In this document: positions 29,522-39,475 of the stretch, in pieces
Layout of the letters: each line of letters begins with the position of its first letter
Position numbering within the stretch: position 1 is the first letter of the stretch
NCBI GenBank assembly: GCA_051959055.1
Contig: JBQCFO010000051.1
Location: 1-50,284 of the forward strand
DNA from: Ginsengibacter sp.
Lineage (GTDB): Bacteria > Bacteroidota > Bacteroidia > Chitinophagales > Chitinophagaceae
Reading direction: 5' to 3'
DNA length: 50,284 bases
The notes under the pieces: model-generated
The model's database searches: none
What the model was told of the DNA's origin: nothing
The model's input: the letters and a program-made list of their open reading frames with translations, nothing else
Made by a program: the position numbers and the translations under genes

Positions 29522-29617
29522 ATTTTTTTTTATTTCAGCAAACTGTTTTTTTTTACATAGCAGTAGCACTCTATGTTTGTTTAAAGAAAATTGCGGAGAG
29601 TTTTAATTCATCAAGCT

Positions 29618-29683
29618 ATGATTATAATCATCTTTCAGACTGCCATAGCTCATTTTTGGACGCATCATATTTGCAGAATTTTG
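29618..29683 (+). promoter_or_regulatory. Crp/Fnr-type tandem boxes and GAnnTTTG promoter
   Basis: ATGA-ttataa-TCAT (29618-29631), half-conserved second box 22 nt later, GAATTTTG at 29676. Confidence 0.6.
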
Positions 29684-29720
29684 TTCCTTCTCTATTAAAA
29701 ATAATCTGAAAAGCAAAACG

Positions 29721-30083
29721 ATGATGGCGGTTAGGAAAGATATCGAAAATGATTATCAGCATTGGGCTAAAAAGCTGGAGCTTTTACGGCAGGAAAGTGC
29801 CTTGCTAAAATATCGCCTGAGCGACATGGTAGATAGTGATGACGAAAATCTTTTTTTGCAAAAGGCAGAATATTTTCAAAACGAATTGTTGCTCAAAGAT
29901 GAAATGCTTAAAAAATTAATTCAGGAAGTTCAGCTCTATAAAGATTTAATGGAAAATAAATTGCATTTATCCAAAAAAATACATGCACTTCATGACAAGT
30001 TGCAAAAAGATATTTTAAATTTTGAAAAACAATTTGTGATTCTTTCAAACGCATTTAACGAACAGATGCTCCAAAATTCCTAG
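29721..30083 (+). CDS. Hypothetical helical protein
   Basis: 120-aa ORF with a plausible regulated promoter, YFQNE motif. Confidence 0.7.
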   Translation: MMAVRKDIENDYQHWAKKLELLRQESALLKYRLSDMVDSDDENLFLQKAEYFQNELLLKDEMLKKLIQEVQLYKDLMENKLHLSKKIHALHDKLQKDILNFEKQFVILSNAFNEQMLQNS

Positions 30084-30087
30084 CAGA

Positions 30088-31143
30088 TTAATTCAACATT
30101 TGCAGCAATTTCTTTTCATTCAAAACCTTTACATATCCCGCTTCTGCTTCTATTAGTTTTTCACTTTTAAAATCACTCAAAGTTCTTATTAAAGATTCTG
30201 TTGTAGTGCCTGCAATATGCGCCAGGTCTTCTCTTGAGATGTGTATGATAAAATCAGTATTGCCTTCTTCTTTATATTTTCTGGACAAAGTAATGATGGA
30301 ATCAGCCACTCTTTTGCGAAGTGAATTGTATGCAAGATTAATAAGTTGTTCTTCTTTTTCAGAAACGTTATGCGCCAGAAGCTTAATAAATTTTTGTGCT
30401 ACTTTTTTATTGTTATTGATCAGGATTTCAAAGTCCTGTCTTCCTATTGTGCCGATTTCACTTTCTTCCAACGTCTCGGCATTTTCTTTATAAACTGAAT
30501 TTTCCAGAAGTGCATTATAGCCAAAAAAATCACCAGCGTTATACAAGCTTATCGTTAGTTCTTTGCCGGTTTCATTAATTTTATAAGTTCTTATCTTTCC
30601 CGAATTTAAGTAATACAAACTATGCGGATGATTCCCTTCAGAATAAATACGTTGTTTCTTTTTATATTGATTGATGATTTTAGAATCCGTTAATTTTTCC
30701 AGCGCATTTTCATGTTTTATTTCATCAAAAAAATCATCCAGATTTTTTGATGCGTTTGCATGTTCTTTTTGATATTGAATTTTTTGCAAACGGCTTTCTA
30801 TTGCATTCAGCAATTCCAGATCTGTAAAAGGTTTCGTAATATAATCGTCAGCGCCCATTTCCATTCCTTTTCTAAAATCGCCGCGCTCTGTTTTTGCAGT
30901 CAAAAATATAAATGGAGTGCTTTTTAAATTTTCATTTTTTGTTACCAGATGCAGCAATCCATATCCATCCAAAACAGGCATCATAATATCACAAACAATA
31001 AGGTCAGGTGTTTCTTTCACTGCCATTTCATAACCTTCCTTTCCATTAGCTGCCAGATCTACTTTATAACCCGCAAGCTCCAATATTTCACCGGTGTTTT
31101 CCCTGATTTCATTATTGTCTTCTACTAATAATATTTTTGTCAT
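30088..31143 (-). CDS. Response regulator with Crp/Fnr cNMP-binding and HTH domains
   Basis: REC (VEDN, CDIMMP, KPF), GDFFG, SREDLAHIAGTTTESLIRTLS HTH. Confidence 0.93.
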   Translation of the reverse strand: MTKILLVEDNNEIRENTGEILELAGYKVDLAANGKEGYEMAVKETPDLIVCDIMMPVLDGYGLLHLVTKNENLKSTPFIFLTAKTERGDFRKGMEMGADDYITKPFTDLELLNAIESRLQKIQYQKEHANASKNLDDFFDEIKHENALEKLTDSKIINQYKKKQRIYSEGNHPHSLYYLNSGKIRTYKINETGKELTISLYNAGDFFGYNALLENSVYKENAETLEESEIGTIGRQDFEILINNNKKVAQKFIKLLAHNVSEKEEQLINLAYNSLRKRVADSIITLSRKYKEEGNTDFIIHISREDLAHIAGTTTESLIRTLSDFKSEKLIEAEAGYVKVLNEKKLLQMLN

Positions 31144-32381
31144 TGTGCAAAGATTAAATTTATTTCGGTTCCTTTATCCAAGTCGCTTTTTATATTTATC
31201 TGGCCATGCATCATCTCTACATATTTGGCTACAATGTGAAGCCCAAGGCCAGTTCCGGCAATATTTACCGCATTCGTTGCCCGGTAAAATATTTCAAATA
31301 AATGTTCCTGGTCTTTTTTAGAAATACCAATACCTTCATCTTTGATAGAGAAATTTAAAAGATGGTTTTCTACTGATGTCGAAATAAAAACAGGTTTATT
31401 TTCTGCCGAAAACTTCGCGGCATTTGAAAGAAGGTTTATCAAAATATTTTTGAATAAAACTTCATCCAGAACGACATCGGTGCTTCCTGAATGCTGATAA
31501 TTTACATGCTGCCCCGGCTTTAATATTTCAGCCATTTCATTCACCTGCTGCGTAATTAATTCTTTGATATTAAAAACAGAAACCGTGGCGGTTAATTTTC
31601 CATCTTCGATTTTTCCAAGAGAAAGAAACTCGTTCAAAATATTATTCAGGTTCATCACAGAAGATTTAATCCGTTGCACGTGCTTATCACGCTTTGGTTG
31701 CTCTTCTGTCAATTTATATTTCGCCAACAAAGACGCTGAGGAAAGTATCGTACTCAATGGAGTTCTGAATTCATGAGATGCCATCGAAACAAACGCGCTC
31801 TTTAAATCTCCCAAATCTTTTTCTTTACTTAATGCCTTGGAAAGTTCATCCTTCGAAGCTTCTAATTTCTCCATAGTTTCCTGCAGTTTGGATGTACGCG
31901 CTGCAACTTTTTTTTCCAATTCCTCATTCAATGCTTCCATTTTTTTATTAATGGAAGCAAGCGCTAATCGTTGTTCGCGCAATTTATTTTGCACTTCTAT
32001 TCTGGTGCTGATGTCGCTAATAAAAGCAATTGAAAACACTTCGTCGTCGCTGGAATAACTGCTGAGACTGATTTCCAGTGGCATCTCTGTTCCGTCTTGC
32101 TTTACGCCAAAAAGATCGCGTCCCATTCCCATTGGCCTCGTTTGCGGATGCTCCATATAAATATCACGATCGCCAACATGCTGATGATGATATCTTTTTG
32201 GGATCAGGATTTCAACTTTTTTTCCAACCAATTCATCTGCATTGGAGTATCCGAATTGTTGTAGCAAAAAATCATTTGCAAGCGTAATATCTCCCGTTTG
32301 ATTAATTACAAGAATACCTAATGAAGCATTTTGGAATATTGCTTTAAACTTTTCCTGTTCGCGCCGTAATTGTTTATCCAT
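31140..32381 (-). CDS. PAS domain sensor histidine kinase (FixL-like)
   Basis: PAS domain, H-box SHEFRTPL, N/G boxes (NAAKF, DEGIG, GTGLGL). Start moved to ATG 32381. Confidence 0.92.
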   Translation of the reverse strand: MDKQLRREQEKFKAIFQNASLGILVINQTGDITLANDFLLQQFGYSNADELVGKKVEILIPKRYHHQHVGDRDIYMEHPQTRPMGMGRDLFGVKQDGTEMPLEISLSSYSSDDEVFSIAFISDISTRIEVQNKLREQRLALASINKKMEALNEELEKKVAARTSKLQETMEKLEASKDELSKALSKEKDLGDLKSAFVSMASHEFRTPLSTILSSASLLAKYKLTEEQPKRDKHVQRIKSSVMNLNNILNEFLSLGKIEDGKLTATVSVFNIKELITQQVNEMAEILKPGQHVNYQHSGSTDVVLDEVLFKNILINLLSNAAKFSAENKPVFISTSVENHLLNFSIKDEGIGISKKDQEHLFEIFYRATNAVNIAGTGLGLHIVAKYVEMMHGQINIKSDLDKGTEINLIFAQ

Positions 32382-32811
32382 GCCGATTTTTTTGTAAAGA
32401 AAAACAAACTTATTATAAAAAGAATGAAACAGGATGAATAAACGAATACAATGCAACTCATCTTTTTTTCTCAAGCAGATATCTCTTTTAAATATACTGT
32501 AATGGAAGGATATAAATCTTTAGGGTAGTTATTCTCACATACTTACAAACAGTTCCATGCAGTATGTAAAAAATATTGCACCACATCAGAACATGAGAGC
32601 AGTGCAAAACCGGGTTTGGCTTTCAATAAATATAAATCCGGACATATTAATTGCTAAGTCAAAATAAAAGCCGATACCTTAAATACTTTGAAACAGCTCT
32701 TTCAAAATTCCGGCAGTAAAAGCACAAATATTATCAATTTGTCTTTTTGTTTTTACTAACAAAAGGCATTATTGTTGCAGCAAGCAGCGCAACCTTTAAC
32801 CCTTTTATGAA

Positions 32812-32878
32812 TATGAGCAGCGTCATATTTTATAATGAGGTTGATTACATTTTATGAAATGAATTGAACGGAAATTTG
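32812..32878 (+). promoter_or_regulatory. nirK promoter with Crp/Fnr-type tandem boxes
   Basis: TATGA-gcagcg-TCATA (32812-32827), second ATGA half-site 22 nt later, GAAATTTG at 32871. Confidence 0.65.
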
Positions 32879-32922
32879 CGGAGCAATTTTAAGAAGTAAA
32901 TAAAAAACATAAACCTCAAACC

Positions 32923-33987
32923 ATGATACAAATTTCAAAAAAAGAACTCTATTTGAAAAGAAGAATTCTTCTGGTGTTCCTTCTGCTGTCTTTTACTTTT
33001 TTTATGTTTTCCTGCAAAACGAATCCAGGAAATAACGCAGATGAAAGTAAGATTGACACGGTGCTCACAGGAACTGTTAACGCAGAACTTACGATTGCAC
33101 CAAATGTTCCAAAACCATTGACCTATACATCTCCCAAAAAAGTGATGGTAACATTGGAAACCATCGAAAAAGTGATGCCGATCTCTGACAGTTCAGAATA
33201 TACTTTCTGGACATTTGGAGGCCATGTACCTGGAAACTTCATCAGAGTAAGACAGGGCGATCTGGTAGATTTTACTTTGAAAAATGCGCCTGACAGCAAG
33301 ATGTCTCACAGCATTGATCTTCACGCGGTAATCGGTCCAGGCGGCGGCGCTGATGCTACTGCAACTGCTCCCGGGCAATCAACACATTTTCAATTCCGTG
33401 CTTTGCACCCAGGATTATATGTATATCATTGCGCAACAGGACCCGTGCCTTTGCATATCGCCAATGGAATGTATGGTTTGATATTGGTAGAGCCACAAGG
33501 GGGCTTACCAAAAGTGGACAGGGAATACTATTTAATGCAAGGCGATTTTTATACAAAAGGTAAATACAACGCCCCCGGCTTACAAGATTTCGATGAAACA
33601 AAAGCGCTGGCAGAAAATCCCGATTATGTACTTTTTAATGGAAAAGTTCGTTCAACTACCGGGCCAAATGCGCTACCGGCAAAGGTTGGAGAAACTGTAA
33701 GATTATTTGTAGGTAATGGCGGACCGAATCTGATTTCATCTTTCCACCCGATTGGACAGATTTTTACAAAGGTATATATGGAAGGCGGCACAGAAATTAA
33801 CAGAGATGTACAAACAACCCTGATACCCGCTGGTGGCGCCGCTATCGTTGAAATGAAAATGCAGGTTCCTGAAGTAATTAATTTAGTTGATCACTCTATT
33901 TTCCGTGCATTCGACAAAGGCGCTATTGCACAAATAAAAGTAACCGGCGCTGAAAATCCAAATATCTATCAGAAGCTGAAACCATAA
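32923..33987 (+). CDS. nirK: Copper-containing nitrite reductase (AniA-type, lipoprotein)
   Basis: HSIDLH, YHCA...HIANGMYG copper ligands, [13 protein letters not shown], lipobox MFSC. Confidence 0.95.
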   Translation: MIQISKKELYLKRRILLVFLLLSFTFFMFSCKTNPGNNADESKIDTVLTGTVNAELTIAPNVPKPLTYTSPKKVMVTLETIEKVMPISDSSEYTFWTFGGHVPGNFIRVRQGDLVDFTLKNAPDSKMSHSIDLHAVIGPGGGADATATAPGQSTHFQFRALHPGLYVYHCATGPVPLHIANGMYGLILVEPQGGLPKVDREYYLMQGDFYTKGKYNAPGLQDFDETKALAENPDYVLFNGKVRSTTGPNALPAKVGETVRLFVGNGGPNLISSFHPIGQIFTKVYMEGGTEINRDVQTTLIPAGGAAIVEMKMQVPEVINLVDHSIFRAFDKGAIAQIKVTGAENPNIYQKLKP

Positions 33988-34004
33988 ATTCCGGTTTATT
34001 TAAA

Positions 34005-34784
34005 ATGAAATATTTTCTTACCATCCTTATGATAACCACTTTCTTTTGTGTTGTAAGCGCGCAGAAGAAAGTGGTTTTTTCTGAGGGTAAAATGGTAACA
34101 ATTCCATCAGGAAAGTATCAGCCTTTTTTTATTACTCCTAATAATAAACCCGTTCCTGTAGCTGCTTTTAAAATGGATGAAACTGCCGTAACCAACTCGG
34201 AATTTTTGGAATTTGTAAAAGCAAACCCTGAATGGAGAAGGTCGAAAGTGAACCGGCTTTTTGCTGATACGAATTATTTAAGGCATTGGCAAAGTGATTT
34301 ATCCATTGGCGAAGCAAATAGAAAAATATATAATTCACCAGTTGTAAATGTCTCATGGTTTGCAGCAGAAGCTTATTGCAAATGGAAAAACAAAAAGCTT
34401 CCAACTGTTGCGCAGTGGGAATTAGCAGCGAAGGCGGCTCCCAGGAATTTTAAATATAAATCTCTTACAGATTTTGTTCTGGATTGGTACACCAAGCCAA
34501 ATCCAAAAGTACTTCCCAATGTAAAGTCCACTTATCAGAATGAATATGGATTGTATGATATGAACGGATTGATCTGGGAATGGACTTTTAATTTCAATAG
34601 TTTTATCGGTTCAAGAGATTCGCGCGGAAATGACGAAGATGAATTGAAAAACTTTTGTGCAGGTGGCGCTTTAAACGTGGCTGACAAATCTGATTATGCC
34701 GCTTTTTTAAGATTCAGTTATCGCGGTAGTTTGAAAGGAAATTTTTGTATCGCCAATCTTGGTTTTCGCTGTGTGAAAAATTAA
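34005..34784 (+). CDS. Formylglycine-generating enzyme family protein (NirV-like)
   Basis: PVVNVSW..A.AYC, LPT.AQWE, GLYDMNGLIWEW, NLGFRC. Directly after nirK. Confidence 0.88.
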   Translation: MKYFLTILMITTFFCVVSAQKKVVFSEGKMVTIPSGKYQPFFITPNNKPVPVAAFKMDETAVTNSEFLEFVKANPEWRRSKVNRLFADTNYLRHWQSDLSIGEANRKIYNSPVVNVSWFAAEAYCKWKNKKLPTVAQWELAAKAAPRNFKYKSLTDFVLDWYTKPNPKVLPNVKSTYQNEYGLYDMNGLIWEWTFNFNSFIGSRDSRGNDEDELKNFCAGGALNVADKSDYAAFLRFSYRGSLKGNFCIANLGFRCVKN

Positions 34785-34790
34785 AAATAT

Positions 34791-35399
34791 TTGAAAATGA
34801 AAATTGTCATTATTTCTTTGTTTGCTGTATTTCTTTTTAGTTGTACTGATGTGAGTAACCAATCAGCATTTACAGGCGAAGCTCCCAAACACAATACTGC
34901 TCCTGTTGGCACGATTTCTTCGGAAAGTATTTACCAGGCTACAGATACTTTTCAAACGCAGAATGAAAAGAAAGTCACTCTTTCTTCCTTTAAAGGAAAA
35001 CCGACGGTTGTTGGAATGATATTTACCCATTGCACGTATGCCTGTCCGAGATTGACTGCAGATATTAAAAACATTGAAGAAAAATTAAAATCAGATGATG
35101 GGAAAGTAAATTATTTGCTCGTCAGTTTTGATTCTGAAAGAGATCTTCCGATGCAATTAAAAAAGTTTGCCGATGCAAATCAACTGGATAACAACTTCAC
35201 ACTTTTGCACGGAGATGAAAATGCAGTGAGAACGCTTTCTGTTTTATTAAATGTGCAATTTGAAAAAGATGCGGAAGGAAACTTTTCGCACAGCAATATT
35301 ATTTCTGTTTTGGATAAAAACGGTGTTTTGGTTTTTCAGAAAGAAGGTCTCGGTGTCGATCCCGCAGATATCATCAGTATGATAAAGGAACAATTGTAG
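34791..35399 (+). CDS. SCO family copper chaperone
   Basis: FTHCTYACP (CxxxC), SFD..RD, conserved H in FSHS, lipobox LFSC. Confidence 0.92.
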   Translation: MKMKIVIISLFAVFLFSCTDVSNQSAFTGEAPKHNTAPVGTISSESIYQATDTFQTQNEKKVTLSSFKGKPTVVGMIFTHCTYACPRLTADIKNIEEKLKSDDGKVNYLLVSFDSERDLPMQLKKFADANQLDNNFTLLHGDENAVRTLSVLLNVQFEKDAEGNFSHSNIISVLDKNGVLVFQKEGLGVDPADIISMIKEQL

Positions 35400-35495
35400 A
35401 AATGAAAATTAAAGGCGAAACAGAATTTCAGCTTATTTCTACGTTTACTGAACGCCCCTTTTTAACTAAAGTTGAAATTCACCAGCAGCCTTTCT

Positions 35496-36716
35496 TCAAA
35501 AAATAAATCCGACGACCAGGCATCCCAAAACAATAAACGGCGCAGGTATTTTTGTAAAGGTGAGTAAATAAAATGTGCCGATGATTACAAAAATATTTAC
35601 AAAACTCACTGTATCCAATTCCGTAATTGAAATATCTTTTACCAAATAAAGAAAAGAAGCCCACATAATGCCTACGACGACCGCATTAATTCCTTCCAAA
35701 GACCGATAAACTACTACATATTTTTTTAAAATCTGCCATACCGGAAAAAAGAATAGAACGAGCAAAGCGCTTGGCAAAAAGATACCGATGCATCCGATAA
35801 GACATCCCAAAACCTGCCAGCCGGGGCCATAATCTCTCAATACCATTCCGCCAACATAAGAAGTAACAGAAAATACCGGGCCGGGAATCGCGCGCACAAT
35901 TCCCCAGCCTGTTAAGTATTCTTCTTTAGTAAGATAATTTGATTTTGCGCGGGTTACATATTGTTCATACACCATCGGCATCAATACATCGCCGCCGCCA
36001 AAAACGAGGCTTCCATAACGATACACATTTTCGGTAAGATTGTATGCTCTTTTGTGCTCCCAGTTTTGTTTACGCGCCGTTTCGCTCAGGAATCCGACAA
36101 TCGCAAAAATCAGGATGAACAACCAGATATTCGTCCATTTAATATGCCGTGGTTTGATATTGTCTTTTTCCGGATAACGCCGATCACTAAAATTGGTAAC
36201 GACTCCGCCAAGAACAATCAAAACCGGGAATACCCAAGGCGTTTTGAAAAAAAGGTAAGTGCCGATAGCCGCGACAATCATGACTATAAACGTAATATTA
36301 TTTTTGATCGAAACTTTATACATTTTGAAAGCTGCAAAGGCGATAAAACCAACAGCCATGGGTTGTATATAAGTAAACAGGTTTAGATTTACATGATACG
36401 TTTTTACATAATAAAATAAAAACGAAAAAATTCCCATTAAAATACTTGCAGGAAAAATCCAGATAAGAAGTGTGAGAATGGCAAGAGGAACACCACCGCG
36501 CTTATAACCAATAAGCGTGATGGTTTGTGTGGAAGAAGCACCCGGCAAAAGCTGGCAGAAGGCAATGTACTCCATTAATTCTTCTTTGGTTACATCCCTT
36601 CTTCTTTCTACAAAAGTTTTAATCATCATGCCCAGATGCCCTTGCGGGCCGCCAAATGCGGAAATAGTATAATAAAAAACAGCTTTTAAAAAAGGAATAT
36701 GCCTGAGCAGTACCAT
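35496..36716 (-). CDS. chrA: Chromate efflux transporter
   Basis: [23 protein letters not shown] duplicated CHR motifs. Confidence 0.9.
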   Translation of the reverse strand: MVLLRHIPFLKAVFYYTISAFGGPQGHLGMMIKTFVERRRDVTKEELMEYIAFCQLLPGASSTQTITLIGYKRGGVPLAILTLLIWIFPASILMGIFSFLFYYVKTYHVNLNLFTYIQPMAVGFIAFAAFKMYKVSIKNNITFIVMIVAAIGTYLFFKTPWVFPVLIVLGGVVTNFSDRRYPEKDNIKPRHIKWTNIWLFILIFAIVGFLSETARKQNWEHKRAYNLTENVYRYGSLVFGGGDVLMPMVYEQYVTRAKSNYLTKEEYLTGWGIVRAIPGPVFSVTSYVGGMVLRDYGPGWQVLGCLIGCIGIFLPSALLVLFFFPVWQILKKYVVVYRSLEGINAVVVGIMWASFLYLVKDISITELDTVSFVNIFVIIGTFYLLTFTKIPAPFIVLGCLVVGFIF

Positions 36717-36735
36717 GAAAAAATATTTGTTTTAT

Positions 36736-36775
36736 TAATTAGCTAATCAGCTAATTAGCTAATCAGCTAATTAAT
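36736..36775. repeat. Octamer tandem repeat (TAATYAGC)x4-5
   Basis: TAATTAGC TAATCAGC TAATTAGC TAATCAGC TAATTAAT. Confidence 0.85.
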
Positions 36776-37719
36776 TATTTCTTCAATCCTATTTCTCTTA
36801 GACGCTCATCCAGGTATTCTCCTGCGGTAATGTCTTCAAAAACTTTCGGATGATTTTCGTCCACGCAATTTTCAAGGGCTGATAAATCCATTGCCGATTT
36901 GGGATGAAGGAAAAAAGGAATGGAAAACCTGGAAGTATGCCATAATTCACGCGGTGGATTCACAACTCTGTGTGTGGTGCTTTTTAACTGATTATTGGTT
37001 AGCCGTTGCAACATATCGCCCACATTTACTACAATCTGCTCAGGTAAAGAAGTTACCGGAATCCATTCATTTTGTTTCGTAAGAATTTCAAGTCCACCGG
37101 CTGAAGCGCCGACTAGTAAAGTGATTAAATTAATGTCTTCATGTTGCTCGGCCCGGATTGCGCTTTTTGGCTCAACTGTTATTGGCGGGTAATGGATAGC
37201 GCGCAAGATGGAATTACCCTCTTCTACCTGGTGGTCAAAATAATGTTCTTCTAAGCCAAGATAAAGAGCAATGGCTTGCAACAGCGATTTTCCGGATTTT
37301 TCAAAAGCACGATAGGCTTTAAAAAGAGTTTCATTAAAGCCGGAAACCTCTGCTACGCTTACATTATCCGGATATTCCGGTTTCAAAGGATGATTCTCCG
37401 GAACCGTTTGACCATATTGAAAAAACTCTTTCAAATCAGGCGCATCGCTTCCTTTTGCATGTTCTTTTCCAAAAGACGTATAGCATCTTTGCACAGCTAT
37501 TTCCGGTATTTCATAATCTCTTTTTTTATCTGAAGGGAGTGAAAAAAACTCCTGAACATATTGATATAAATCTGCGATAAGGTTATCGGGAATTCCATGA
37601 TTTTTTACCGCTACAAAGCCCACATCTTCATATGCTTTTCCAAGCTGCTGCACAAAAGATTCTTTTCGTTTTGGATCTCCACCGGTAAAATCAGAGAGGT
37701 CAACTACTGGTATGGTCAT
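36775..37719 (-). CDS. 2OG-Fe(II) oxygenase, isopenicillin N synthase family
   Basis: HED, VNVGDML, STTHRV, RFS motifs. Confidence 0.92.
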   Translation of the reverse strand: MTIPVVDLSDFTGGDPKRKESFVQQLGKAYEDVGFVAVKNHGIPDNLIADLYQYVQEFFSLPSDKKRDYEIPEIAVQRCYTSFGKEHAKGSDAPDLKEFFQYGQTVPENHPLKPEYPDNVSVAEVSGFNETLFKAYRAFEKSGKSLLQAIALYLGLEEHYFDHQVEEGNSILRAIHYPPITVEPKSAIRAEQHEDINLITLLVGASAGGLEILTKQNEWIPVTSLPEQIVVNVGDMLQRLTNNQLKSTTHRVVNPPRELWHTSRFSIPFFLHPKSAMDLSALENCVDENHPKVFEDITAGEYLDERLREIGLKK

Positions 37720-37764
37720 TGCTTTAAGATTTTAAATTTTAAAATAGCGAATGTAGCTTAGCAC

Positions 37765-38826
37765 ATGTCAATTTACAAACAAAATTTTTTATCTAAAGGT
37801 ATTATCTTAATTCTCCTGCTTTTTTCTTTTGCGTTCATGTTTTCATGCTCTCATAAAATATCGGGACAAACCATCATTTATCAGTTTAAAAATAAAACCG
37901 GCATTCCAGACTACAGCAATTCGGATTATTGGGCAGCATCTCCGTTCAAATACGACCCATCGGATAACGTGCCACGCGGATTAAAAGATAGAAAAAAAGA
38001 TACTTTGGCAGATGTATTTTTTATTTATCCTACTTCTTATACCAACAGGGAAAAGCCGGATGGCTGGAATGCGGATATAAATGATGATACCGTTAATGAA
38101 AAAACGGATAATGGCTCTATCCTTTACCAGGCAAGCGTTTTCAACCGGTACTGCCGGGTGTTTGCACCACGTTACCGGCAAGCAAATCTGAACGCTTTTT
38201 ATACAAAATATAAAGATTCTGCGCAAGCAGCTTTGGATTTTGCCTACGAAGATGTGAAAAATGCATTTGAATATTATCTAAATAATTACAATAATGGACG
38301 GCCAATAATCATTGCTTCTCACAGCCAGGGAACATGGCATGCGGGAAGATTATTAAAAGAATTTTTTGAAGGGAAGCCTTTGGAAAAACAATTGGTGTGC
38401 GCTTATATAATCGGACTTCCTGTTTTTACAAATTATTTTACCGACTTAAAGCCGTGCGCTGATTCTGCTGCTACCGGATGCTTTGTAAGCTGGCGTACTT
38501 TTCAGCGGGGATATGTAGCGCCTTACATTGAAAAAGAAACTTTGAAAGCCTATGTAATAAACCCTTTGACCTGGACAATGGATACCACTTTTGCGCCGGC
38601 TTCTTTAAACAGAGGAGGTGTGCTTCGCAATTTCAATAAAGTTATTCCTGGCCTTGTAAATGCTCAAATCCATGGAAATGTTTTATGGGTAAATAAGCCA
38701 AAGTTTCTGGGCAGCATTTTTATAAAAACAAAAAATTTTCACATTGCCGATTACAATCTTTTTTATGAAAATATAAGGGAGAATGTGGGAACGAGGATTA
38801 GGGCTTTTTTGAAGAATCTCAGATAG
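37765..38826 (+). CDS. DUF3089 family alpha/beta hydrolase lipoprotein
   Basis: DVFFIYPT, FAPRYRQA, ASHSQG, FHIADY. Confidence 0.88.
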   Translation: MSIYKQNFLSKGIILILLLFSFAFMFSCSHKISGQTIIYQFKNKTGIPDYSNSDYWAASPFKYDPSDNVPRGLKDRKKDTLADVFFIYPTSYTNREKPDGWNADINDDTVNEKTDNGSILYQASVFNRYCRVFAPRYRQANLNAFYTKYKDSAQAALDFAYEDVKNAFEYYLNNYNNGRPIIIASHSQGTWHAGRLLKEFFEGKPLEKQLVCAYIIGLPVFTNYFTDLKPCADSAATGCFVSWRTFQRGYVAPYIEKETLKAYVINPLTWTMDTTFAPASLNRGGVLRNFNKVIPGLVNAQIHGNVLWVNKPKFLGSIFIKTKNFHIADYNLFYENIRENVGTRIRAFLKNLR

Positions 38827-38956
38827 CTTGTGGGAGAATGTGAAAACAGATCCCACGATTATTCATTCATTTTATTCGAACAATAGGCCATTTTGCTTGT
38901 TTTGCAGATGCTGTCAGTTTAAATAATGAATTATATTTGTAAACAGAATTTAAACC

Positions 38957-39163
38957 ATGCAAGCAATTACAATTCATCCTAAAAACGAAGAGCAGCTTAA
39001 TGCTTTAGAGATCATACTAAAAGCAATGAAAGTTCCTTTTGAAAAAAGTAAAACGGATAAAAATCCTTACGATCCTGAGTTTGTAGCAAAAATTAAAAGA
39101 AGTGAAAAGAATTTTGAGGAAGGGAAATATACTGCCATTAAAATCGAAGATCTATGGAAGTAG
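38957..39163 (+). CDS. Antitoxin (DUF2683-like)
   Basis: HPKNEEQ...PYDPEFVAKI...IEDLWK. Overlaps the toxin start. Confidence 0.75.
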   Translation: MQAITIHPKNEEQLNALEIILKAMKVPFEKSKTDKNPYDPEFVAKIKRSEKNFEEGKYTAIKIEDLWK

Positions 39164-39416
39164 ATTTTGATGAGGAAGCAAAGGACGATCTTGATTTTTG
39201 GAAGAAAAGCGGAAACATAACTGTTCAAAAGAAAATTCAACAATTACTTTTTAGCATAAACGAATCTCCTTATACCGGTACCGGTAAGCCAGAACCATTA
39301 AAGTATGATTTGGCAGGAAAATGGTCAAGGAGAATTAATAATGAACATCGCCTAATCTACAGCATCTTCGATAAATAAGAGTCCATTCCTTAAGAGGGCA
39401 TTATTTAAAAAGGTGA
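39154..39416 (+). pseudogene. yoeB: Txe/YoeB family toxin with a frameshift near its 3' end
   Basis: GTGKPEPLKYDLAGKWSRRI..EHRL. Stops at 39378, while IRVHSLRGHY continues in the -1 frame (39375-39416). Confidence 0.8.
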
Positions 39417-39475
39417 TTACTCTAAATACAGCAAACAAACAAATAAACCAATTTCCTATTTATAAAAAAGAATTA

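Noticed and set aside
32475-32800. Possible decayed gene upstream of nirK
   Set aside because: The frames I read are broken by stops and I could not recognize a family.
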